Positions 14,001-25,087 of a stretch of DNA of 64,000 nt are shown piece after piece. This stretch comes from Isurus oxyrinchus. Lineage: Eukaryota. The notes below the pieces were generated by a model. The model worked only from the letters and a program-made list of their open reading frames with translations. It was not told the origin of the DNA and ran no database searches. Numbering within the stretch: the stretch's first letter is position 1; the number at the start of each line of letters is the position of its first letter. The stretch is taken from positions 104,346,001 to 104,410,000 of the forward strand of contig JANJGN010000013.1 in assembly GCA_026770705.1 (NCBI GenBank), written 5' to 3'. The translations under genes were made by a program, and so were the position numbers.

Positions 14001-15565
14001 GTCTATCCTTGTTATCAGTTAACACTTCATTACGTTCCACTGCTAGTTTTTCTCCTCTGCACTCTGAATTTCCCCCCAGGTTGCCACCCCACTGCCCATC
14101 TAGTTTAATCCCTCTCCAACAGCACTAGCAAACCTCCGGACGAGGGCACTAGTCCCAGTCCTTTTAAGGTGTAACCTGTCCTGAGGTATCTTACTAGTTA
14201 CCACCTGCAAAACCAAAAAAGACCATTTAAATCCTACTGTGTTTTCTAACCATTAACCAACCCTCAGTCCATGCTAATATATTACCCCCAGTGCCACAAA
14301 CTGTAACTTACTGTAATAACCACTTGTGCAGCACCTTAGTTAAAAGGCCGCAAGAAGGGGCAAGTCCAGAAGTGCATGACTTGTCATTGGAACAGAGCCG
14401 GAGAGTTAAAAGGGTGCGAGAAGAGGCAAGGCTGAGATAAATTCAGTGGACTTTAGTATACATAGGAATTATTCTAAATTAAGTTAATAATTGAAATAAA
14501 TTAGTAAATACTGTAGTAAATGCTTTATATAAACTATAAGGTACATCAGTGCAGCTGGGCCATGTGGAATGTGTATCTTGTGGGATGTGGAAGTCATGCC
14601 ACAGAAATTTAAAGCCCTCCCTCCTATTCCATTTCTCCAGCCACGTGCTGAACTGTTCAATCTTCTATTCTTATATTCACTAGCACGTGGCACTGGGATC
14701 CTGAGAGTATTGCTCGAGGTCCTGCTTTTTAATTCCCTTCCTAGCTCTCTAAAATCTGCTCTCAGAACTCATCCCTTTTCCTACCTGTGTCATTGGTCCT
14801 AATGTAGACCACGGCCTCTGGCTGTTTACCCTCCCCCAAAAGAATGTCCTGCAGCCGTTCTGTGACATCCTTGACCCTGGCACCAGGGAGACAACATACC
14901 ATCCTGGACTCACATCTATGGCTGCAGAAACACCTGCCTGCTCCCCAAACTATGGAATCCCCTGCTATAGTAGTAGTGCAGCTGAGCCACCCCTGGTGCC
15001 ATGGACTTGGCTCTTACCACAGTCCTCTGAGGAACCATCTCGCTCACCAGTGCCCACAATGGAAAAATGGTTAGAGAACGAGATAGCCTCAGGAGATTCC
15101 TGCACTGCCTGCTTGTTTCTCTTAGATACTCTGGGGGTCACCCATTTACTTTCTGCCTGTACTTCTTATCTGTCGTGTGACCACCTCTCTAAACATGCTA
15201 TCTACGTAATCTGCAGCCTTGCAGCTGCACCACAGTGACTCCAGCCGCCGCTCAAGTTCCACAACTTGGAGCTCATGTTTCTGCAGCTGGTGACACTTCC
15301 TACAGATGTAGTCATCGAGGGCACTTTGTGCTTGCATGACTTTCTACACCCTGCAAGATGCACATTCCACATGGCCGAACTGCACTGACATACTATAGTA
15401 AACGCTTTATGTAAAGTATAAGGTATTTACTAAGTTATTTTAATTATCTTAATTTAGAATAATTCCTATGTATACTACAATTTGCTGTGTTTATCTTATT
15501 CCCACCCCTTCACGTGCTCTTTTAACTCTCCAGCTCCGCTGAGTCTCGCCCCTTCTCATGCTCTT
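11098..15565 (-). mobile_element. Near full-length CR1 LINE nested in another CR1
   Basis: Minus ORFs: ICRKCHQLQ (ORF1), MYVNAR..IIAITE, MGDFNYPNIDW, DWRTANVAPLFKK, WQMKFNAEKCEV, RTRGHRFKI. Confidence 0.92.
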
Positions 15566-16505
15566 TTAGCTAAGGTGTTGCACAAGTGGTTATTAGACTA
15601 AATTAAGGTTTGTGGTATTGGGGGTAATGTATTTGCGCGAACTGAGGATTGATTTGTGGTTAGAAAACACGGTAGGAATAAATAGGTCATTTTTGGATTT
15701 GCAGATGGTAACTAGTAAAATGCTGCAAAGATCAATGCTTCGAACTCAGCTATTTACAATGTAAATCAACTTAGATGAGAGATGGCATGTAACATATCTA
15801 GGTTTTCTGACAAAACTAAGTTATATGGAAAAGTAAGCTGCGAAGAGGACACCAAGTGGCTGCAAAAGGATTTAGATGGGTTAAAGTGAGCGGGAAAGAA
15901 TGTGGCAGATGGACTACAATGCCGATGAATGAGAGGTTGTCCAATTTTCTAAATGGAGAGAGACTGAAAAATGTTGATAGAGGGACATGGGTGTCATTGT
16001 AAACAAATCACAAAGTTAACATACAGGTACAGCAAGCAAATGATATGTTGGCCTTTATTACAAAGGGAGTGGAGTATAAGACAGTGAAGAAGTCTTACTG
16101 CAATGGTCTAGGCTTTGGTCAGACTACAGCACTGTACACAGTTTTGGTCTCCTTACCTCAGGAAAGGGAATGTAATAAAGGTTCCTGGGATGAAGGGACT
16201 GTCAGATGATGAGAGATTGCAATGAATGAGATTACAAGAATTAGAGGTGATCTCATTGAAACATGTAAAATTGTTAAGGGGCTTGGCAAAGTTGTTGCTG
16301 GGAAAATGTTGCTGGCTGGGAATTCAAGGGGTCACTGTCTTAAAACAGGGGACTAGTCAGAGACATCGATAGACTTTTGGACACCAAGAGAATCAAGGGA
16401 CATGGGGATAGTGCAGGAACATGAGATACAAGATCAGCCATGATCTTATTAAATGTTGGAGCAGGCTCAAAAGGCCAAATTCCTACATCTGTTCCAATTT
16501 CTCTA
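15566..16505 (+). mobile_element. 3' remainder of the split CR1 that begins at about 8560
   Basis: Resumes at taaggtgttgcacaagtggttatt (DKVPH region), where the 5' part stopped. Ends in the CR1 3' UTR about 85 nt from the exon 3 donor. Confidence 0.8.
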
Positions 16506-16589
16506 ATTCTACTGTCCTGCCAGAAATTAGACCACCTGACACAATTAGCTTTGTTCACTTTTAATAATAATCATAAAATGAAAATTTAC

Positions 16590-16628
16590 CAGACAGATTG
16601 GATGAGTCTTTAATTTAGTCCAGTGTAT
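16590..16628 (-). CDS. BLTP3A: BLTP3A-like coding exon 3, 39-nt micro-exon
   Basis: ttgcag|ATA CAC TGG ACT AAA TTA AAG ACT CAT CCA ATC TGT CTG|gtaaat = IHWTKLKTHPICL. Phase 0/0; exactly fills the gap between exons 2 and 4. Absent from the ORF track. Confidence 0.93.
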
Positions 16629-16839
16629 CTGCAAGAGAGACAGAATAGGTCATTCAGTAAAGCTTTCAGTTTCTGCAAATACAGTCCTTCCAAATGTCAA
16701 ATGAAATGGTCTGGCAATGTTCTATAAAAGGCCTTGTCTCAAACTCTCTTAAATAGCTCACTCCACAAATTTAACCATTTTAAAATTGAATAACAACAGT
16801 GTTAGGCCATTCTATACTAGAAAGATAACCGACACTAAT

Positions 16840-17003
16840 CAAAAAGCAGAATACTGCAGATGCTGAAAATCTGAAATATAAAAACAGAAAAAGTCCGTGA
16901 CTACAGACCTGAGGCTCCCAGGTGTAAAACGTTAACTTGGTTTCTCTCTCTATAAATGCTGCCTAACCTACAGAGTTTCTCCAGCACTTTCTGTTTTTAT
17001 TTA
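16840..17003. mobile_element. Old short Penelope-like remnant with inverted ends
   Basis: aatactgcagatgctgaaaatctgaaatataaaaacagaaa ... aaacgttaact ... ccagcactttctgtttttattt, homologous to the young copies at 36705 and 49441. Confidence 0.7.
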
Positions 17004-17503
17004 AGATACCCGACACTGGTTGTTCAGCAATTGGGATTACCATGTGAGGAGCAAAAGTCACTGAAATTATGAGATCCAGCCACACTTTAACAAACAGGGG
17101 ACTATTGTTCAAGCAGGATAGCTCATGTGTCTCAGCAGTTCCTTCCTCTTGACATAATAATAGCGTCAATCACCACTGCTCTGGCTGATTAGTTTTTTTA
17201 AAGCAGCCTTTAAGCTTGTTGGCCAATCAAAGCCTTCTTCTCTAATTTATACTGTTAAATCTTTTGAGAATTAGCTTTTTAGCGGAATGCAACATTAAAT
17301 TAATAGAAAATAGTAAACTCAAAGTAAAAAATATAAAAACAGGATGTAAAATGGAACAAGTATGTTTTTGTAGCTTTTGGTTTAATCTATTTTTTCATCT
17401 CAACCTCGAAGTAGCTTTATTAGTGTTTATTTTAACAATGGATAAGCTAGAAGCCATCAGGCAGGAATTTCATTGCAAACTTTTTACAGTCAACATATTC
17501 AGG

Positions 17504-17748
17504 GTCTAAGGCCTTTCAGCCATAGTACACCAAGGGGCTGGAAACTGTGTACAGCCCCTCAAGCTGTATGCCTGTGATAGAATGTATATTGTGGATATCA
17601 AAAGTATTGACATTGTATTGAGGCACCTCAGAATGGACATGCTGTATGGAGAAAAGCTGAATTCTACTGCACTTTCTGTAACATTCAATTTGAAATGTTT
17701 TGCAATATACTTTACAAATTTTATGAATAAAGTATATTTTTGGAAAAA
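17504..17748 (+). mobile_element. 5'-truncated Tx1-clade LINE 3' UTR with target-site duplication
   Basis: Similar to 22207-22445 (gtctaaggcctttcagcc..., ttttatgaataaagt tail). Flanked by ATATTCAGG at 17495-17503 and 17749-17757. Confidence 0.8.
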
Positions 17749-17920
17749 ATATTCAGGACACAGGTCTCAGTGCTGCAAAAGCAATCAATACAAGAGTCTG
17801 TTATCCGTGTATTTTATTATTAAAAGTCAAATTTCTGACTTGATTAGAAATACAAGTTTGTGCCATTGATCTCAGCCTTGGCTCACTGGCAGCATCCTCA
17901 ATTGTGGATCAGAAGATCAC

Positions 17921-18167
17921 TGGCTGTAAATTCTGTGGAGTGGCAATCATAGTCGGATTGCCACTCCGCTCCTAGCCACTTACCCTGAAATGTAGCTTCA
18001 CCTTTGTTGACTGATCTCCCTCAGCTAACTCAGGCCAGGTGAGAACAGTGAAGTGCAGCGGGTTCCCAAAATCTTGTGTCGAGGGCACTGAGTCGAAAGT
18101 AAGGAAGAAACACCTGCTTTCTTATGGAATTAGCTGCCACAAAGCATGTAGGTTAAAATTCCAGCCA
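17921..18167. mobile_element. MITE-like element with short terminal inverted repeats, next to a SINE tRNA-like head
   Basis: Termini tggctgtaaatt and aaaattccagcca; internal perfect 12-bp hairpin at 17937-17967. Confidence 0.4.
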
Positions 18168-18194
18168 CTTTGAGAAACCAGGCAGAAGGTAAAT

Positions 18195-18839
18195 GTGTAA
18201 GTTAAGCGGGTGGGATTTGGGGGAGAAGCTAGCATTGGGGAGCAGGGTGGGTCGGTGGTGAGGGGGTAGAGGGTAGCGTGGGTCAGGGTGAGTCAACGGG
18301 TTGGGGGTAAGGAGGTTAGGTGGGTCATTGGGGAGGTCAGGTGGTGTAGTTGGTGGGAGTGGTCTGTGTGGGGATCAGGTGGTCAATGGGGTGGTCAGGA
18401 GGTTGGGGGTCGGATGATCAGTGGGCTTGTGGTCACTGGGGGCAAGTGGTCAGTTGTGTGGTCGGTGATAAGTGGAGGTCAGGGAGTGGTCATTGGAGGG
18501 GGATTGTGCTGTCAGTGGAGGAGGAGGGTAGTGGTAGGGGGTGTGTTTGTGAGATAGGGGTGTTGGGGAGGTAGTCAGGGATTGTGGAGGGTAGTCAAGT
18601 GATGGTGGAGGTGGGGAGTGAGTGGTGGTGTGGAGGTAGTCCGGGCTTTCCATGGGCGGTGGGGGGGTGAGGGGGGTAGTTGAGATGAGGTGGAGGTAGT
18701 TGGGGGGGTGGGTGGGAGGGAAGGGTAGTTTCGGGGTGAGGGGAATAGTTGGGCTGTCCCGTGCAGGGTTGGACATTTGTGAGGAGTCCTGTGAGATGTC
18801 GTGGGTTAGTCTGCTGTTGGTGGGGAGATTAATCAGGGG
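18195..18839 (+). repeat. G-rich low-complexity tract (GGT/GGG runs)
   Basis: About 640 nt dominated by G runs (ggggtgggtcggtggtgagggggtagaggg...). Confidence 0.85.
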
Positions 18840-19779
18840 TGTTATGATGTGGCAAGTGATGTGTGCCAACCGGACCAAATCCACAAGGGAAAGTTGGCCA
18901 CCTATCAGAACAGTTTTGCAATTTGTATTTACCACGAGAAGATGTATGCACTGAATTCATAAATAATGAGTCCACTAAGACCATTAGGGATTTTAAAAAT
19001 TAAATTAAAATATTTAACAAAAGAAAAGATTTCAAGCACATACGTAAGACTACAATTACTTAATACTATAACAAATCTTAAAATTCCTAATTAACCTGAC
19101 TCCCAATTATATACCCACTTTAAGGCAACAGTCCAAAATAGATTTTAAATTTAAGAAAACAAGCCAGCAAGTTACCACAGTACCCACTTGACAGTGGAAT
19201 TCCAACAATTTGTCTCCAACTTTAGTTACTGGAAAAAGCACAGTTTTTCAAAAATGGCTGGAGGCTTCCTGAAGGCTGTTTCATACACTGCTGTTAGATC
19301 TTACATCCCCCCCCCCCCCCCCCCCGACCCCCACATAGCCTTTCATTCTCCTTTATGTTTCTCTCTCTTTAATCTGTAAATTCCATTGTTCCACATGTCT
19401 TTTGAAATGTACTTTCCCCACGATATAAAAACTTTCACGTTGTCAATATTGTCAGTAACCTTTGGGAAAAATAAACACTACTTGGCTTTGCTTATCTGGC
19501 TAGTTGTAAACATCTTAACATCTCTTTCAAATCCTAACAGTTCCTTCACTTATCTAAAAATGCAAATTTCCACACACCTTATATGCCAAGACAGCATCTA
19601 TGTTTACTTATTAGCATTTCAAGTACACTTCTACACCGATCTTTTAATAATTTCAAGCCTGCAGTCTACCTGACTCCAATGTAATTATATCACACAGACA
19701 GAACCATCTATATTCACACCCATAACCTACTTTACAATAAACCAGAATATTATAAAAATTATTACATCCATTGTTGGCA
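18840..19779 (-). mobile_element. Probable solo LTR (about 940 bp)
   Basis: Starts TGTTATG, ends GGCA; collinear homology along its length with 35641-36552; no coding potential. Confidence 0.65.
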
Positions 19780-19840
19780 TGCACCTGGAGACACTCCTCT
19801 GCTGAGAGCAAGAAATGACCACATGCAGGTGGTCTTGCAA

Positions 19841-20580
19841 TTTTTTATTCATTCATGGGGTGTGGCTATTGCAGGCTAGGCCAGCAATTATTGCCAATTC
19901 CTAATTGCCCTTGAGAAGGTGGTGGTGAGCTGCCTTCTTGAAGTGTTGCAGTCCATGTGGTGTAGGTACACTCACAATGCTGTTATGGAGGCAGGTCCAG
20001 GAGTTGACCCAGTGACAGTGAAAGAACAGCGATATATTTCCAAGTCAAGATGGTGTGTGGCTTGGAAGGGAACTTCCAGGTGCTGGTTCCCATGTATCTA
20101 CTGTCCTTGTCCTTCTAGATGGTATTGCTTGTGGGTTTGGAAGGTGCTGTCGAAGGAGGCTTGGAGAATTCCTGCAATGTATCTTGTAGATGGTACACAC
20201 TGCTGCCATTGTGCGTCAGTGATGGAGGGAGTGAATGTTTGTGGATGATATGCCAATTAAGCAGGCTAATTTGTCCTGGATGGTGTTAAGCTTCTTGAGT
20301 GTTGTTGGAGCTGCACTCATCCAGGCAAGTGGAGAGTATTCCATCACACTCCTGACTTGTGCTTGTAGATGGTGGACAGGTTTTGGGGAGTCAGGTGTTG
20401 AGAGTTACTCACCGCAGAGTTCCTAGGCTCTGACCTGCTCTTGTAGCCACAGTATTTGTGTGGTTAGTCCAGTTGCTTCTGGTCAATGGCAGGATGTTGA
20501 TAGTGGGGGATTCGCTGATGGTAATGCCATTGAATGTCAAGGGGCAATGGTTAGATTCTCTCTTGTTGGAAAGCCATGGT
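19841..20580 (-). mobile_element. 3' fragment of the second CR1/L2-group LINE lineage
   Basis: Minus ORF SNKRESNHCPLTFNGITISESPTINIL matches ORF 31482..31910; tail ttttttattcattcatggg. Confidence 0.88.
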
Positions 20581-20749
20581 GGGATTGATAAGGCACTGAA
20601 ACCCAATCAGATGACCTGATTTGAAGTATTACCTTATATGTCAAGGGCGCAGGGTCAGAAAGGGGTATAAAGCCACAGTCCAGAAGGACATTTTTGCTGC
20701 AGCCTGTAAGCATAATTTGGTCAGCCACAGGCAGTCATGCAGAAGAATT

Positions 20750-22449
20750 CAGGCAGAACTGCACTCTCTCCCTTTTCCTGTTCGTGTGTTGCATAGAACC
20801 CTTTGCTGAGTCAATCAGAAAGGATTCGGGCATAAGACAAGAGATGATCCCAGGGAGTGGAGGCATTCGAGTCAAAGCCTCCTTTGTACATGGATGACGT
20901 CGGCGTCTTCTTCTCGGAACCGCTGTCGGTGCGCCGACTAACGAGCATCTACAACCAGTTTGAACTGGTCTAAGGAGCCAAGATAAATCATGGCAAGAGC
21001 AAGGTCATGTTTTTTGGGAACTGGGCTGACTGATTCTCTGTCATCTTCACCATCAGGTTAGATTGCCTAAGATGCTGGGGATATGGTTCAGAGGGACTGG
21101 GTCATGTGCTGGAAACTGGAAGGAGCAAGTGGCTATGGACAAAAAAAAATGCGCATGTGGGAGTGACGTTCCCTCTCCATTGTGGGTAAGAACCTGGTCA
21201 GGTTTGAGGCACTCTTGGTGTTGCTGTATTGGATGCAGGTTTGGCTCATTCCTCACTCCTGTACTGTGGCAAGCACCCAAGCCATCTTCCACTTTATCTG
21301 GAGGTCAAAAATTGAACGTGTTCGCAGGTACATGATGCAAAAACCTCTAGATAAAGTGGGAAAAGCCTACCCAATATCACCTCATCCTGATGGCCACCTT
21401 TGTGTGTGGTTGCTCCAAGCTGTGTATATACCCTTGGTATGCAAACACCAAGTGTCACTAGATGTTGAGATTCTACCTATTCCCGAAGTTGTGAAGGAGG
21501 GGTCTGGCCACATTGCCGTAGGACGCTCCAAGTAGTAGTATCATGCCCTATCATCTATCCTTTGTGGAAAAGCTTATGCAGAAAGACACCTCTGACCACA
21601 AGTCCATCAGGCAGTGGTCTGCACATACTGTCCTAGAAGCCCTATGGGAAAAGGAGATGATGGGTCCTGTTGGATGGTTCCCCGTGCAGACTGTCATTCA
21701 TTTTGCAGAATGGCTCATCACCAGAACTTTCAAACAAGCACCATGATGTGGTATGGCGGGTAGTGCGAAAGGTCCTTCCCATCAGATTCTTCCTACATGG
21801 CTGCAGTCTCTTCCCCTCCGCACGTTGCAATCAAGGTGACTGTAGTGGAGAAGAGACCACTGCTCAACTTCTTCTGAAATGTACCTTTGCAAGGAAGGTC
21901 TGGAGAGGGATGCAGTGCTTTTTGTCGAGGTTTATCCTGAGCAACTCTGTGACACAGGACTCTGTGCTGTACAAGCTGTTCCCAGGGACACACACGAAGA
22001 CAAACACCAACTGCAGATGGAGGATCATTATGTTAGCACATTGGTGAAAGACACTCTTTGGTCTGGCAGGGTTGGTCTTCCAATGCAAAGAGCTGCCCAT
22101 GACCAAGTGTAGTAGACTGGCACGTTCTAAGGTCCAGGACTACATACTGAGGAATGCTCTAAAGCTGGGGGAGGCCGCCACAGAGGCACAATGGGGAAAG
22201 GTCGTTGTCTAGGGCCTTTCAGCCACAGTACATCAAGGGGCAGAAAACTGTAGAGAATGCCTCAGGTTGTATGATTCACATTGAATGTATACATGTGTCA
22301 CAATCGTATTGAAGCATCTCAGAGTGCAACATGATCTATTTAGAAAATTTAAATATCATTGCACTTTCAGTAATGACTATTTTGAAATCTTTTGTAATAT
22401 TCTTTTCGATATTTTATGAATAAAGTTTTATGAATGAAGTATATTCAAC
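20750..22449 (+). mobile_element. 5'-truncated Tx1-clade (L1 group) LINE: RT C-half, C-terminal zinc knuckle, 3' UTR
   Basis: RQNCTLSLFLFVCCIEPFAESIRKD (RQGCPLS motif), YMDDV, and C..GDCSGEETTAQLLLKC.FARKVW knuckle; AT-rich tail ttttatgaataaagt. Confidence 0.9.
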
Positions 22450-22459
22450 AATTTAGGCC

Positions 22460-22812
22460 AGGCGATGGCATGGTGGACTAGTAATCCAGAGATTCAGGGT
22501 AATGGTCTGGGAATCCGGGTTTGAATCCCACCATGGCAGTTGGTGGAATTTGAATTCAATAAAAATCTGGAATTAAAAATCTAATGATGACCATGAAACC
22601 ATTGTCGATTGTTGTAAAAACCCATCTGGTTCACTACTGTCCTTTAGGGAAGGAAATCTGCTGTCCTTACCTGGTCTGGTCTGCATGTGACTCCAGATCC
22701 ACAGCAATGTGGCTGACTATTAAATGCCCCCTGAACGGGGGCAATGAGGGATGGGTAATAAATGCTGGCCTAGCCAGTGATGCCCACATCCCATAAATGA
22801 ATTTTAAGAAAA
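22460..22812 (+). mobile_element. tRNA-derived SINE with LINE-derived 3' tail
   Basis: A-box-like tggcatggtgg, B-box-like ggtttgaatccc; tail agggatgggtaataaatgctggcctagccag matches the LINE end at 32474-32530. Confidence 0.85.
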
Positions 22813-23429
22813 GTCATGTGGAAGAATTTGTTCAGCAGACTGACCACCCAGGAATGAGCTCCTGCATGTGGGTTTTACTAAGCAACTGGTGTTTTAAGTA
22901 TATACTATTGTTTAATGGATTAATAAAGATTTTCCACATAAAGCGGAAATCGTATCCAAGTTGTTTTGTGTCATTCATAATTATTACTGGGTACTGACCT
23001 TAGAGGGAAGTGAGACCCCTTGTTTAAGTGTATGCAGCTGTCAGACCTGTTGAGTTTTTCCAGCATTTTCTGTTTTTTTAACTGTGATCAGTGATTTGCT
23101 GCTTGAGGCATCTATCACTCATGATGAAAGATAATTATATTTATATGGCATGTTTCACATCAAAGGAATTTACAACATGAATTATGTTAAAAACAGGCTA
23201 AGATAAAATTAACAACATCAAGTTTCATAAACAAATGTTTGAGTTCTCAAAGAATAAGGCAAAATGAGATGTTGCTCAAGTGCAAAACATTATGCTGCAC
23301 TCATACCAAAAATGCACTGAAGTACACAATGTCTGTTTTATTTCTTCCAGGAAAGTAAGTACACAAAAAGACCAACAAATCCATTAATTACATCATTGCC
23401 TAATATTGCACTTAACTGTTTTGCTTCCC

Positions 23430-23750
23430 AATGGTTCAGCAAATATATTAATGAGTAGCTGAGACAAATCGATCAGGTTCAATCACTAACACATGCAAAA
23501 TTAGCCGATCTTTGTAAGGGTGCTACAGCTGACCCCAACATCCAATTTTGGCAAAGGAAAATTGTCCAAGATTCCTCCTCCTGATCCCTATCCAGCAACC
23601 CCTCCCTCAAGTAGGCACGTGGACATTGGTGAGGTCAGGATTGAGCTCTATTCTGATGCATTTCCTGACAACTGGACTGCCTGCCAAAGATCACCTTCAA
23701 GGCTTATCATCTGTCTAATACAAGTCAATGCAAGTGTGTGGTGAGATACT
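23430..23750 (+). mobile_element. Old SINE (LF-SINE-like)
   Basis: B-box-like caggttcaatc, then ttagccgatct...ttcctcctcctgatccctatccag...ggtgaggtcaggatt; related minus copy at 60360-60525. Confidence 0.55.
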
Positions 23751-24554
23751 GCATCTCACTTAAGTGAAAGTAACAGGACAGCAAATACAAAACACAACAG
23801 GAAATAATAACTTGCAAACTGAGAATATAATCTCCCTGCAGTGCTCAATGCTTCCACCCAAAGTATGACCTTTCTAATCAAAATATACCAATTAATTTAA
23901 ATGTAATATTAGACAGCTACTTCAACTTCTATATTTAGTGTACAAAAGTTAGACCACACCTTGCATTGACAAGGACCAAGTTATCAGGTTTGTCCTGTAA
24001 GTAAAATCTCAGAAATATTTCACACTGCCTAAGAAATCTATTGACATTTCATAACAATCAAGACTGGAGGCTCCTGCTGGCACTAGCTGCAATTTGAGTT
24101 AAAACTTATGAAATGTCACAAAATGTGAATGCTATTTTAGAGATTCAGAATAGAACATAGCTCGACATGGATTTTAAGAAATTCTCTAATTCTACAGATC
24201 ACCTTCCAGTAAACCTTTTCAGTTGACATCATGCAGTAATGCTACAAGTTATCTTGAAGAGAAGTGACATCATCATGACAAACAAAGAGCGATGACATCT
24301 CCATCTGATGCTGGGAAGAAATTAAGTTAATGCTGCACAGGAAAAATCCAGTCATTTTCTTTCACAGGACCAGTGCCATTGGAAAAATATCAGCAGCATT
24401 CAATTATCTTTTTACGTGGAGAAGTCTGCAGATTTCATAATGCAATCAAAACAAAGTACATAAAAAGTGTGATACACACACACATATATGTAAGCACTCC
24501 ACCTTTAGCATAATAAAATGTAATAATAATAAAAGGCATTTCAAAAGATCATTG

Positions 24555-24802
24555 TTAAAGCAATGCTACATCAGACAATATTAAGGCAGATGGCCAAAAG
24601 CTTTGTTAAAGAGGTAAGTTTTAAACAATGTCTTAAAGAAAAGAAGGGTAGAGAGGCAGAGGGCTTTAGGGAGGGTATCCCAGAGCTTAGAGCCTAGGCA
24701 GCTGAAAACAGGGTCACCAATGATGGAGCAATTAAAATCAGGGATGCTCTAAAGGCCAGAATTTAGGCATGCACTCATACCTGAGGATTGTGGGGCTGGG
24801 TG
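24555..24802 (-). mobile_element. L2 LINE 3' fragment
   Basis: Reverse complement matches 40920-41220 (ccagccc..caa, tccctgatttaa, ggccat). Confidence 0.75.
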
Positions 24803-24937
24803 ACATTTTAATATCACTACGTACCGAAAGAGCGTGTTTTAAAAGCATCAGCATTTTTAAAATATAAGCAGAATGCCCGATTTCAAATGCATGTCTTCCA
24901 CTAAATTTAAGTACAACATTTTCATCTAACATAAAAT

Positions 24938-25087
24938 CTAAAATGTTGCAGATACTGGAAATCAGAAACAAGGACAGAAAATATGAAACCCATCCCAGTC
25001 GTCCAGTGGAGACAGCAGATAACTTTGGGCGCAGATCCTTCTTCAAAACCTGTTTCAGTGGCCCAGCATTTTCTATTTTTAATTTCC
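24938..25087. mobile_element. Old Penelope-like remnant
   Basis: aaatgttgcagatactggaaatcagaaacaaggacagaaaat ... ccagcattttctattttt inverted termini. Confidence 0.6.

Noticed and set aside
18288-18954. Gly/Val-rich and Pro/Thr-rich ORFs
   Set aside because: By-products of the G-rich low-complexity tract.
22460-22540. tRNA gene
   Set aside because: A/B-box-like motifs are present, but there is no cloverleaf and it continues into a SINE body and LINE tail.
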